Below, one piece after another: positions 36,101 through 48,900 of a stretch of 64,000 nucleotides of DNA. The notes under the pieces were generated by a model. That model made no database searches, was not told the origin of the DNA, and was given only the letters and a program-made list of their open reading frames with translations. Position 1 is the stretch's first letter. Each line of letters starts with the position of its first letter. The position numbers and the translations under genes are program-made. This DNA comes from Camelus dromedarius (lineage: Eukaryota): assembly GCF_036321535.1 (NCBI RefSeq), contig NC_087436.1, forward strand, positions 122,390,001 to 122,454,000, written 5' to 3'.

Positions 36101-39100
36101 GCATGGGGTGGGGGTGGAGCAGACTTGGGGGTCCAAAGACATTTCCTCCTCTCCAGAACACAAACCTCCCCTGCACCAGACTGGCCCCAGACCCCAGGTC
36201 AAATGAAGTGGTCAGAGAGACAAGGAGATGGTAGGCGAACCGGCTACAGCCTGCCCGGCTCCCCACTCTGGGTCTTATGACTCCTGGGCTGGCCCTGCAA
36301 GCAGGAGACCATGGGAACCCTTTAGTGACTGTGGCACCCTCCCACAGCCTCAGTTTCCCACCCTGGGAGATGGGCTGCCTGTCCCCAGGTGACCCAGCAT
36401 TGCTGGGCCTTCGGGCACATGTGTCTGGGTGTCCAGGCCTCTGTGTGGCCTCGAACTGGCTCTGACAACCGGCTGGCGCCCTTGCCCAGCATACTGGGTC
36501 ATCCCATGGCCTCCTGTGCACACACTGTCAGCTGCTGCACCCCACAAGTACTCACTAGCCCTGAGCCTGCGGTAGGCCATTCCCAGGACCCCTCCCAGGG
36601 CCTGGGGCCTATGCCTGCCCAGAGGCCACGTGCTCACGCATGCGCCCCATGCCCCATGCACATGCACACCCCCCTGTGCCTGCATCCTTGTTCACACAGA
36701 GGGACCAGGCCAGAGCCCTCAGCAGGACTTGCTGGTCAGGCTCTGGGCGCCAGGCCACACTTAGAGGTTGGGTCAGCAGAGTGGGGAAGGGCAAGGGAAG
36801 CCAAGGACTATGCTTCCAACAACCCCCACACTGCCTGTCCCTCCTTGCCGGGCCTCTGCAGGCTGAGATGGGGCCTCCACCTGCCAAGGCCCCAGTTCCC
36901 CACTTCAAAGCCGCAGTGGTCCATAACTGGTCGGGGTGGGAGTGGGATTAGGGGCTGCACCCGGAGCCAGACCTGGAGGCCCCAGCAAAATCGAGAGGCC
37001 CCAGCACCGAGTTCCCTATCTGGCGGGCTGGGACTGGGGAGAAGAGCTTCTGGCCTGCAGTCCCAGCCCCTCCAGGTTCCTACACACCCAGCCGGGCCTC
37101 TGGACAGAGGCAGCCCCTCTAAGGTCGCTCAGCAGGCCAGGGTGGGGGCAAACAGAGTGGTGACATCCCACCCCCCACCCCTACCCAGCCATCCTTCACA
37201 GCCCACTGGCACTCAGTCTGGCCGTGGACCCTCCCACCCCCCAACCACGTGCTGTACCAGGCCCCCCCATCACCATGGGGAGGGCCTCAACTCTGAGCCG
37301 CAGCTCCCCAGGGTCCTGGAGCTCTGGGTTGGAGAGGTTTACAAAACCCACAGAGCTTCCCCCAGGGACCTCCCAGGGCCATCCCGCCCAGACTGGGCTG
37401 GGCACCCCAGCCTGTATTGCTGAATCCCCTCGGCCCTGCTATCCTGCCCCCTCCAGCTGCAGAGCCTGCAGTGCCAGGGCCTTGGACCCTTGGTTCCTCG
37501 CCCCCAGACCCCATGCCGCTCCTCTGAGTGAAATGCTGGGGGATGGCTAAGCCCCACAAGGTGTTAGACCCCAGCCAGATGCCAAGACCTGCACCTCCCA
37601 TCACCTCTGTCCCAGGCCGCTGTCCAGGTGAGAGGTGGCACAGGCAGGGAGACATGACCTGGCCAGGCCACCAGCCCCACCACTAACCAGCATGGGCCCC
37701 TGCCACTGGCCCTCTGGACCCCAGCCCTCCCCAGCTCCTGCCCTGTACTTGGGCATCCCCACTCCTGAGTGCTCTCCTGCAGGCTGTCGGCTTTGAGCTG
37801 GGAGGGGGTCTTCCTGCGGTGAGGTGTTTCTCCTTCGTTGGGGGGTGTGGTCACTGAGCTCCACTCTCGGCAGGTGGGCACAGAGAGGGAGTCCCTCAGG
37901 CCTCCCCTCAGAAATGGTCCCAAGTCACCCCACCCAAGCCAGCTCCACCCCCCACCCCGCCCCTGTGCCCCCCTGGCGTGAAGCCCAGCGGCTGCAGAGC
38001 AGCTCATTAGCACAGAGGCCGCCCCGCCGAGCTCGCTTTAATTGGGGCCGGCAGGACGTGAGAACCTGGGGACCCCGTGCCCGGGCTGCGGGGGAGGGGG
38101 CACCCGCCTGAGCCGCCCGCAGCGGCGGCCCGGATTAGCGCGGCTCAGTGGGCCCAGCCAGTGGTAATTAAAGCTGCCTGCCCGGCCGCAGCGGTGAGGG
38201 AGGCCCTGGTGCCCGCCCAGGCAGGGCTGCCCTGCACGCCCCGTGCCCGTGGTCCCCGGAGTTGCTGTACGCTGGGGCCTGCCTCCGTTTCCCCTTCTGA
38301 AAGTTGGGCTGACACGGTCTGTCACAGTGAGGCTCATAAGCGGATCCGGCTTCTGAGTGGGGTGTGAGCTGACCAGCCCGCTTGCTCCAGCCAGGACCCT
38401 CCGGGGACCCCTGCAGGCATCTGCTTCCTTGGAGCCTCCCAGGAGCTGCCCAAAGGCCTGGCTAGGTGGCCGGACAGCAGAGCCTAAGAGAGGGGGTCTC
38501 CCCGGGCTGAGCTCACATGCGGGCGTGCAGGTCTCTGTGCCTGTGCGCCAGGAGGGGCGGCAGGGGTGCGTCCCAGTGGGGCTGGCGGCTGCCAGACACC
38601 GCGACCATTGATTTCTCTTGATCTCACCTGAGCTCCCTGCTGTCCCAGGCCCTCACTCGAAGCCCTGGGGCCTGGAGGCAGCTCAGGCTGGAACAGAGGG
38701 GCCACATTGGTCCAAGGAGAGGTGCAGGTGACAACGCAGGGGCTCAGCTTCCCCTTTCCGCCTGACAACCCCCTGGGGGTTGACTCCAGAAGAGCAGTCC
38801 CAGAAGCTCTAGAAGGTTCCTGGAGGGACCCTGGTATGGGCTAGCCAAGCGGGGTTGGCGGCCAGGCTGAGTGAGCGGCTGAGGGGCACAGGAAGGCAAA
38901 GGCAAAGGGGGTGCTGGCGCAGGAGGCCTTGGGGCCTGGCTTCTGGCATCTGCTGTCCTTGGGAGGAGGAGGGCATGGGGCCCTTCCTGCTGATAGGCCC
39001 AGGGTGGGATGGCTCCCTCAGACGGTCACCCCCACACCAACCCTGTCATTACTTGATCGGGTTTCCCGCTGCAAACCCCAGGCTCCATGTGGTTTCTCCA

Positions 39101-40119
39101 GAGTCATAGGATCTGGCCAGGCCTGTCCTTGTCCTGGTCGGGGGGATGGGGGACCCTGGGTAGGGGGGTGGGCCTGCCTCTCTCCTGCCTTCCCAGAGGC
39201 AAAAGGGTCAGAGTCAGTCAAAACCTCTTGCAGCCAGCAAAGGAAGGACTCCTGGACTCCGCATCACCTCAGTGGCCTCCCACAGCCGCGGGTGCCCCCT
39301 CGAGCCCCACTGGCCCCACGTCCGCTTGAAGCGGGTCCTGAGCCATCTGGGGCCCAGGGAACAGGGTGAGGGCCCGAGGATACACGGCAGCAGAGCTGTG
39401 GGCTCATGGCGGGACGGCTGCGCTTTCTCTCAGGCACCATCCCAGGGGCAGCCCCCGGGCCCTGCAGGCCGTGAGAGTCAGCCCTCAGGGAGGGGGCTGG
39501 GAAGGGACTCACAGTGGCCCACCTGCATGGGCACGTTGGACACCAGCACTTGCTGGGCCACGTCAGTGCCCACCTACCCGGTCCCACAGGCCTGCCCAGC
39601 TCCGTGCTCCCCCACAACACCCGCCCAGTGGGGGCGGGGGGGTGCTGTCAATGTTTTACAACCAAACTTGAGAGGCCATCCTGACTCTGGGGTGGGAGCA
39701 AGAGTGGGGCCCACAGGCAGCCTGGGTCTGGTTTGGCCACATTTTTTCTCTTGGGAGACAGGCCTGTTGCTTCCTCTGATGAAGATGTTTACTATTCCCA
39801 GGGCAGGAGTGCTTGCCCTGGTGTGTGTGCATGTGTGTGCTCACGTGTGCATGCACCTGTGTGCAAGTCCCTGTGCTTGGGTCCCAGGAAGCAGGTCAAG
39901 TTTGAGCTGGTCCCCAGCAATGAGCAGGAACAGAGGCTCAGAGAGGGGAGGCCCAGTCCAGGCCACACCCTACATGGTCCAGGCTGAGGCCCCCACTCCA
40001 GGCCCGTCAATGCTGTATAGATGTTGAATCCTCTGGGCCAACAGTTGCCCCAAACAGGCAGGTGGGTGGGTAAGAGTGAGGAGGAGACCCTGGGTGTGCA
40101 AGTTGAGGGTCAGGTGTCT

Positions 40120-40280
40120 GCTCCGCACCAGCTGGCAGTGTGACCTGGAGCTGCTTCCTGGCCCTGCACCTCCGTTTCCTCATCTGTAAAGTGAGGGTAA
40201 CAGTTAACACCTCCTTGTCATCTAAGCTGAGCCAAGTGTCTGAGATCGGGTCCGGCAGGCAGACAGCACTCAGCTATTAA
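40120..40280 (+). mobile_element. MIR element
   Basis: GTGTGACCTGG..CCTCCGTTTCCTCATCTGTAAAGTGAGGGTAACAG...CACTCAGCTATT follows the MIR consensus order. Confidence 0.75.
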
Positions 40281-40759
40281 ATTCTTAATTAAATCCTTAA
40301 GTGTCCTCCCTGAGTTTCGTCTGTGGACAGTGTCCTCCCCATTCTGCAGCCTTCCTTCTGGCCCCCTCTGAAGTCACTGACCCCAGGGCCTAAAAATTAT
40401 TTTCAGAGAAAAGGCTGAGACCCCAGCTGGGTGTTGGGGGACGGATGCTAACCCACCCATGTGATCTTGGAGCCAGGGTTCCAGTAGAAGATGATTTCAG
40501 GGACCCAGGGGTCCGGAGCTCAGCTTGGGAAAATCCTGGCAGGCTGCTGGGAGAAGGCAGTACAGGGGTTGACGGCAGAAGGTGGGAAGCAAGGGCCTGG
40601 AGGTGGGCGTGGGCCCGGCTGCAGTAGTTCTACGGAGCTGCGTGGGGACTGAGGGACTTTCTGCCATTCAGACTTCGCCTTGGACCGGAAGGTGGCAGGG
40701 GGTCTCCCCACGTCAACCCCTGGAAGCTGTGGAGGATAAGGGGGCCTCTCGCTCAGCGA

Positions 40760-41600
40760 CGCCTGCCCCAGCTCTGAGCAGGAGAAGCGGCTCCGCGGGG
40801 CGGGCACCCAAGTCCACCGAGCTGCGGGCCGCTGGCCTCCTGCCCCGGCCGCCCCTGGGAGCGCGGAATTCCGGCCGCAGCCGGGCGAGCGGGACGCCAG
40901 CGGTCTCCGGCGGGGCCGCCCCGCCCCCGGCGGGGCCGCCCCGCCCCCGCCCCCCGCCCCGTGCCCCGCCCCCGTTTCTGCCCCTCCCCCGCCCTCCCCG
41001 CTCGGCCCGCGGTCCGGCCTGCGCGGGGGCGGGGCCGGCGGAAGGGGCGCCGCGGGCGCCGCTCAAAGGGCCGCTAATGTTCGCTAATCCCGGCCTTTCA
41101 AGCGGCCGCGGCCCCGGCTGTTGGCCCAACAACAGGCGTCTGAAAGCGGGGCGCGGGGGCCGCTGCCCCGGCCGCCCCGCCCCCGACCCCGGCGGCCGCG
41201 GGACCCCGAGCGTGCAGGACGGGGCGCAGGTGCGTCCGCGCCCCCGGAACCCTCGCCGCCCCGCCGGGAGAAGCGCTGTCCCCGTCCCACCGCGTCCCCG
41301 CTGGGGAGACCCGGGCCCAGGGCGGGCGGTGGGGAAGGGGCTGGCCGGGTGGGGTGAGGGCCGGACGGTCCGCCCCCTCCGGCGGCGCTGCGGTTCCCAG
41401 GCCCAGGAGGGGCGCGGGGGCCTCACGTCGCAGACGGGCCGGGCCCCTCCGGAGCGTGACCCCGGCTTTCAGCGACGCCCCTGGCCCGGCCCCAGCGCCT
41501 CGTTAGGGATTTAATTAAGGAGCCGCCGGGGATTTGCATAATCTCTGAGCGGGGCTGGGAAGCCTGGGGCGGGAGAGCTGGGCGCGGGGAGGAGCCAGCT
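40760..41600. promoter_or_regulatory. Orphan CpG island with a GC-box array and homeodomain/POU motifs
   Basis: Dense CpG, CCCCGCCC repeats at 40915-41000, TAATCC at 41085-41090, TTAATTAA at 41511-41518 and ATTTGCAT at 41532-41539. Confidence 0.75.
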
Positions 41601-44600
41601 GAGCAACTATTTGGGTTGGGGTCTCCCAGTCCACGGGACAGAAGGGTCCTGAAGGATGTGAGGGCCCAAGCCCGAGGCAAGAGGATTCTTTTGTATCAGA
41701 GCGGGTCCTGGAATTCCCCATTTGAGCCAGAGGGTCCCTCCTCCTCCCCGTCTGGCCAGAGCTGTAGACTCAGCTGGACCTGGGCCCCAAGGCGAGGGGA
41801 GGGGCGCCCCTGGAGGCGAGGTGGACACCCCCTCAAGCAAACAGTGAGTGCAAACATTCCAGCCCCAGCCCAGCCCTGGGGAGCAACAGGCCCCGCCTCT
41901 GCCCACAGGTCCTTGGAGTTTGCCCCCCCTCCCCTGGCCGCAGCAGCCAGGTCAGGCCGTCAAGGGGTCAGAGCAGAGTGATGGTGGAGGCTGCACACCC
42001 TCCCAGGGCAGGACATCCCCTCCCCATCAGTGCCTGCCCCGAAGTTCTAACTAGAGCTTCTGTGCTGACCACTGAGTGGTGATGGTGGCCCCAAGACACG
42101 TCCTTGGACCCTGGACACGAGAGCGGAGGTTAGAGAGGCCTCCGGACCTGCCTCTCCTGGGTCCTAGGGGTCAGTGAGGCTGACACTGCAGGGGTGTGTG
42201 GGGAGTCGTCTTGCTCCTCTCATATTTCCAGAATCTGTCTCTACCTTCAGTCCAGATGGGGAGACTGAGGCACTGATAGGGCTTGCTCTTTGCCGCTGGG
42301 TCAAGGAGGGTGGTATGCCCTGACCTCCACTGCCCACCAGCATCTCAGACAGGACAAGGGCATGATAGCGTGGCCTCTGGAGGGTGGCCAGGGCTCAGCC
42401 AGGAGGCCTTTTGGGTCACAGCCACAGGACCAGCAGACCCCCTCTCCCAGTGCCTGGCACCTGACTGCCCTGCGGGCACTCCCACAGCCTTCAAAGGGCA
42501 CTGTGGGGCCTGCATGGGCAGGGCCTTTCATCTCCTGGGTGGCAGGCTGGGGGCTGGAGGATCCCTGAGGGTAAGGCCACCTCCCAGGCCCTTTCCCTGG
42601 CACCCCGGTAGGACTTGGCACCCCACCCCACCCTGCCCTCTGTATCTGCAGTGACTCCTGGGGCTTCTGAGTCAAACCCAAGTCCCCACAGTGCCCTTGA
42701 GGCCGGAGTACCTAGTGCCTTATGCCTTGTGGCTTCAGTTCCTGCCTCCCCCAGCTCCCTCTGCATCTCAGACCACTCAGGCCTCCACCCAGGAGTGCCC
42801 CCCTGGGGTGCCCTTACTGACCGCTCACTGGCCTCCTCCTCTGCACTCAATGAAACCTGGGATGGGGTCTTTTTCACACGCTGTGGTCTGTCTCCATTGG
42901 GAGGCCAGCCCCATCCCCAGCCAGTCTCATTCACAGGGCCCCACCCTGCGTTGGAGGGCAGATGTGAGTCACTGGTGCCCCATGGGGTGGGCACCTGCAA
43001 AGGGCTGCGTGACCCCTGGGGAGCACCCCCTCGCCAGTTTTCAGATCGCCGCAGAGACTAGGTGGAGGATGAGTGAGCTTGGCACACAGGTGTTCGTCTG
43101 CACCCGGGCCTGCCCCCGGTCAGCCTCGGTCCGGACACAGTTGGGTGGGCTGCCGCATGGGGACCACACCCAGGCCCACCGTGGGGTTTGCCTGTTAGGC
43201 ATCTCCCCTCTGCCATCTCCCAGAAGCACGAGGGCAAGGCCCAGAGTGGTGTCATGGTCAGCTTGAGCCTCCGGGCCCCATTTTGGCCTGGTCAGCTCAG
43301 CGGGCTTCCTCTGGGCTGGGTGAGAGAGGAGGAGGAGGCAGTGTGAACTGAGCCCAGCAGGTGGGCTCGGGGACCCTGAGTTGTAGCTGTACCTGTGCCT
43401 GGCCTGGGGCCTGGGCAATGTTTTGGTCTTTCCTGCCCCTCTGTCTTTGTCCAGCTGTTTGTGCCCCTGAGAATCTCCACTCACCTGAGAGCTGGGGTGA
43501 GGTGACAGGAGGGCATGGCTGCAAGGACTAGAGGGGGCAGGGAAGCTGAGGAGACCAGGAGTCGGGTGGCCGTAGGCTAGGCCTCAGCCCGAGGGTGGGC
43601 ATCTGGCTAAAGCATGAGGGCATCCCCGCAGCCTAGCGGGAACTCTGGAGAGAGGTGGGCTTCAGCTCACCAAGCCCGCCAAGCCCTGTTTTCAGCCGGG
43701 GTGCCTGGAAAGCCCAGAGAACACCTGTCAAAGCCAGAGGAGCCTTCACCAGAGAAGCCCCTGGACCTCCCCCCAGACCAGCCAGGCACCGTCTGTGTGC
43801 TGGACTCGGGTGCAGGAGACGCAGCTCAGTCCTGCTGTCCAGCAGCGGTGCAGGAGGTGCAGGGAGGAGGGTGTGCCTCTGGCTACAGTTCCCACTGTGG
43901 CTTGTGGGGCCAGGGGTGCTCTAAAGAGGGGCTCTGGAGGAGCCTGGAGCACAAGGGGTGGTGGGCAGAGGGCTCCACTCAGGGGGAGCCCCTGCAGGGG
44001 CAAGTACCTTGGGTGCCAGGGCCATAGGCCACCAGAGGCCTCCATTAAGGGGTGACTTATGGTAGCAGAAGCCCAGCTCAGAGCCCCCTGGCTCACCCGC
44101 CATGCTGGGGTCTGCAGGACCCAGGGCCCTCCCAGCCAGGCAAGGAACAGAGATGAGCCCCTACTTCCCATTCATTTCCACTTAAATTGTCTAACTATTA
44201 TCCCAGCCACCTCCCATAGCCCCCTGGCCCCTCCCACCCTGGAGCTGGAGCAGCCAGGAGTGGGTGGAGGCCTCGGCGGGGGTGGGGGGCACACCTGAGG
44301 GCTGGCCTGTGGTTGTGGCCCCCACAGCCGAGCGCCTCTCTGCTGAGCGGGGTATGACCCCACTGTGGGCCGAGCACCGGGCGGGGATCTCCCCTCCACT
44401 CCTTGCTCAGCCCGGACTCTAAAGGAAGAAGTGCTCTCTGGGGTAGAGGTGACCAGGGGTCCAGGACCCCTGCTCTGGGTGCAGATCCCTCGGGGGAAAC
44501 TCAGGAGCCCCGGGACAATGTCTTGGAGTCTGGGGGTTGAGGGGGAGGCTGCCGGGCAGGGTGTAGGAGTGAGCCCCCGGCCCACCCCCCCACCGGAGCC

Positions 44601-44679
44601 AGTGCCTCCTGAAGGGGCCTTTCTCCAAGGCCCCGGGGTGTGGCAGAGCGCCCCCCCTCCTCGCCCAGTGCCCAGCCCT

Positions 44680-45150
44680 GCTGTCGGCGCCTCCCGGCCG
44701 GGCGGCCACAACCCTGATGTTGCTTTAATAAAACAAAGTTTTTCTTTCGTGCACGGCCTCCAGTGGTGAAAGGGCCGATTTAGTGAGTGCCGCGCCCCCT
44801 CCCGCCCCGCCCGCGCTGCGGTGGCGCTGGCCAGGCCGGGTAATTTATAGCTTCAACTTAGCGCACCCGCGCTGGGCCAGCCCGCGGCATGACTGGGGCC
44901 ATTTATCCCGGCCCCCCCGCCGCCCAGGGGCCGGCCTTCCTCGGCGTGCACAGGCGCCACTCGCGCCCGGCCGCCGCGCGCCCGCCCAGGCCACGTTCCC
45001 TATTAAGCCATTTGGAAACCCTGCGGAACCCCGCGGGTGAAAACAAGCTGGCTGGCTGTGCCTTGGCAGGCCCCCGGTCCCCGCCGCCACAGCGAGACCC
45101 CCTCGGCCGGCCGGTTCCACGGGGGCGCAAGCCTGAGCCGCCACCGTGAG
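44680..45150. promoter_or_regulatory. Second small CpG-rich element with AT-rich TF-like motifs
   Basis: CpG-dense, with TTAATAAAACAAAG at 44725-44738, TAATTTAT at 44841 and GC boxes. Confidence 0.6.
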
Positions 45151-45699
45151 GGCCCTGTGGCTTCTCTTCTGTGCAGCCTGATTCAAGCTTCCTCCCGGGA
45201 ATTCAGACTGCCCGGAGAGGGATTCAATCACGTCCCAAGAACACCGTCCTGTTTGGAAGCTCCCAGGTTCAGGGCCCTCTTGGCTGAGGCCAAGAAATAG
45301 CTTCATTCATGAGGTGTTCACTGAATGGCCAGTGTGTGCGTGGAGCCCACCACCCAGCCCAGGACCCCCGCCCCAAGGAGGGAAGGGTGCAGGTTCCTGT
45401 ACAGGGCTAGACTTCCTCCCAGAGGGACTGGGAGGCCCTCGAGACAGGCTGAACCTCAGGACCCCAAGGATGCAGCATGCTGTAGTGGGCAGAACTCAGG
45501 GGGCTCCCTTGGAGGACTGGAACCGTGACCAGTTCTCTTGGAGGGGCTGCTGCCCATGACCCGTGGACACATCCAACAGGCAAACCCACCCTGGTGGCAT
45601 TTGGGGGCCTAGGCCCTGCTCTAGGTCAGAGCACACGGCACAAGCACAGAGGGACACACAGACACACACATAGGTCACAGAGTGACCCCTACTCATTGT

Positions 45700-45980
45700 C
45701 TACACCTGAACACAGCTAATGGGCATCTTGATTGGGCACCCTGAACTTGACAGGGTCACACCCAGCTCCTGACCCCAGCACCTACTGGCAGCTCTGAAAC
45801 CGACCCAGATCTCAGGCCCAACCTTGGGGTCCTCTTTGAATTGGCTCACCCTCTAACCACTAGGGTACCCTGCCAGACTTTGGCATCCCCTCCGGCTGGC
45901 CTCGTCCACACTTCCCTGGGCCATCATGGGTGCCCTTCACCAGTCTCCCTGTGTCTACCTGGCCCCCAGTGTCTGTTCAG
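45700..45980 (+). mobile_element. L2 body fragment
   Basis: GGGCACCCTGAACTTGACA..AGCTCCTGA..CTCAGGCCCAACCTTGGGGTCCTCTTTGA resembles L2. Confidence 0.45.
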
Positions 45981-48900
45981 TGGAGGAGTCAGTCCTAGGG
46001 AGATGTAGGTGGGCCATACTCCTCTGCTGAGTGCCTGGCTGTCCACCGGGCTGGGAATTCAACAGCAGAGGTGGCCCTGCAGAGAAGCCTGACTTCTACC
46101 TGCTGCCCAGGCTGCTCTGGCTGGGCCACCAACCCTGACCCCACCTCGAGGAGTCAGGCCAACAGCAGGAGCTGGAATCACATCAACCCCACTTTCTGGA
46201 GTCCGATTTCAGGACCCCAGCCCAGCCCAGTGCAGGATGTGGAGGGCCACAGCGGGGGTGGTCTCAGGCTGAGGACACAGGTCCTCCTCCGCAGGGACCT
46301 AGCACCTGGGGGTAGCGACGTGCCCTGTCTGGGCTGCATCTCCTTGTCTGGTCCCCCTGCAGCAGGCTGCTGGGAGCAGTGCTGGGGGGCTCAGTGCTCC
46401 CAAGGGTGCCCCCTCCCACTGTTCCTCTGCCCTAGGAAGGGTCCTGACCTGCCCACCTCCTGGGGAAGCTGCTTGCTCCCAGCTCCCACCGTTGGTGCTC
46501 TCTGGACTATCCTGTGCGGCTCAGATTAGAAACTTCTATTTGCTGCCCCATTACTGCCCTAGACTCCGGCTGTCCAGAAAAATAAGGCTCAGGGCATCCA
46601 GGGGCTTGTCAAGGTCACACGGTAAGTCCAAGGTCACAGCAGGTGATAGGCCCAGGCCCAATTATGCACCTCGAGGCAGGAGGTGAGAAGCAGGGAGTGG
46701 GGGCAACAGGATGGATGGGGGAAAGGGTGGTACCTCTGAGAACCTGGGGGGCCTGGGAGGGAAACAGGACTTAGCAGGAGTTGGGTTATCAAGGTGCCTC
46801 CAGGACCCTTTCCACTCCGGACGTCCCACCTCCTCGCCCACCAAGGAGCCTCGGAGATAGCCACTTACACTGGCCTCCTCCTCGCCCATGCACGCATCTT
46901 AGAGGTGGCGAGACTGAGGCAGGAGGGGCAGCGAGGCCTTTGAATGGTGTGGAATGAGCAGGGAGCTGGCATCTCGACACGCCACAGCTCTGGCCCCCAA
47001 GGGGCCCGTGTGAGGAGGAGCTTTGTGAGGGCGTTGTGGAGGGATGGCAGGGGCCCGGCCAGCTGGCACGGTGGGGGCTTCCTGCGGGGAGGATGGTAGC
47101 TCCTACGCTGCAGGTGACACCCCTGTGGGAGGTCAGGCAGCAGGAAAGCTGAAAGCACGGGATGAGCGGGTGTTGCCAGCTTGTGTCCGATGATGTCCGG
47201 AGGGCCTCCATCTCACCCAGGGCCTCTGGCAGGAGCCTGGGGCACAGGCTGCCTAGGGCAGGGGGCATCAGGGACCTGGGTCTCTTGGAGACTTTCATTT
47301 GTTCCCAGTCTCACAGGGTCGGTGATGGGGGCCTGGCTGGCGTGGGCAGTCCCAGGCCAGGGCCCGACAGGGTTAAGGAGAGGCCTCCACTCCCACTGTT
47401 GTAGTTGGGTCATTAAAACCCCATCTCCTGCCTGTGTCCCAGCCCTCCTGGGGCCTCCCAGGCCTTTGTCTCACTTTCTAAGGCTCTGACAGGATCGGCC
47501 GGGTGGGGGCCCAGGAAGAGAGGGGGCCACGGTACACAAAGCCCCCGGCCCTGGTGCCTCCTCTGCCAAGATGCCAGGCTGGAGCCACTCCCAGGATGCC
47601 CTCCTTGGGAGGCTGGCACGGGCCAGGCTGGGCAGACGTCCTCCCAAGCCTGGCCTGGGACGGATCCACCCGGCCGCACCCCGGCCACCCCTGAGCTGTT
47701 CCCAGGCCCATGGCAGAGCCCCCAGCCCTCACATTTGCCCACGCTCCGCTGCAGGTTGCTAGGAGCTGGGTGGGGGTGGGGGTTGGGGTTGGGGCGTGCG
47801 GCCGGTGGAGGATCTGGGCGTGGGACAGGCGCCCCGGGACAAAGCCAGCCTGTGATTAAGTCATCTACCCGTTGGCTCCACGCATGCCCCCCGTCAACTG
47901 ACGGCCACCCCAACCACACCCTGTGGCCACTGCAACCTGACCAGCCCCCTGCCTCCTGATCAGGCTCGAAGCACCCTACCCAACCCTGCTGCATGGCCTC
48001 TACTGCCCAGGTGCTCGTGACATCTTCCCAGCTCTGCTGCTGACCTGCCGGTGACCACAGTCAAGGCCCCTTGGCCTCAGTGTCCCCATTTGTTCCATGG
48101 GCTCCTGAAGGCCCCAGCTCCAGGGCTGTGCTGTCCCCACGTATCCTGGGACCCAACTATCTCCCAGGCCCACACCCTGATGCCCCCCAGATTTTTTCCA
48201 CCCTGAGCTCTGATCTGGGCTGGGGGTGCTATGCTGGCCAGGGTGGGTGGTAGGGTCACCTTGCTCAAGGGAAGGAAGTGGAGAGGTCCCCATGGCCCCC
48301 AACCACCTTTCCTGCTGTTCCCATTGACTCTCTCAACCCTCACTCCCCAGGGGCCTCCCCTTCCTCCTGGGGGCCTCCTGGGTGGGCTGGTCTCTGCCTC
48401 CCCCACCCACCAGGAGCTGGGGGCTCTCCAGTGTCTCCCTACAGGGCCACATGGGACCTCCCTGCATAATCCCCCTCCCACTGAGAAGGAAGAGTCCAGC
48501 CGGGTGGGGACTCTGGGTGGGTACAAGTGCTGAGAAGGAAGTGTCTGGGGACACAAGAAACCACCCACTCCTCACCAGGGGACCCTGCTAGTGCCACTGG
48601 GCATTTGTGGGGGGCCCTGGACCAGCCATAGCAGGGCCTGGAACTCCTCTTTGGTCTGCAAAGAGCAAGTGCCCCTGAGGGGCTTTCACTTGTTTTAGAG
48701 CAAAGCCTGAGCGGGGAGGCCCATGGAGGCAGGGTCAGCTCCTGGGCCCCTCACTTATCTCTCCCCTGAAGTGGACATGACACCCCCTGGGCAGGGAGGG
48801 CTGGGGCCTCTGGGAGGGGCAGCTGGGACATGCCAGTGATGGTGGCCTCCCGGGCCAGGCCTGCCCGGATGGGTGGGACCACTGCCCAGGCTGAGCCAGG

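Noticed and set aside
39820..39865. Degenerate purine-pyrimidine (GT/CA) stretches (also near 24655, 24960 and 26040)
   Set aside because: They are short, interrupted, ordinary low-complexity sequence.
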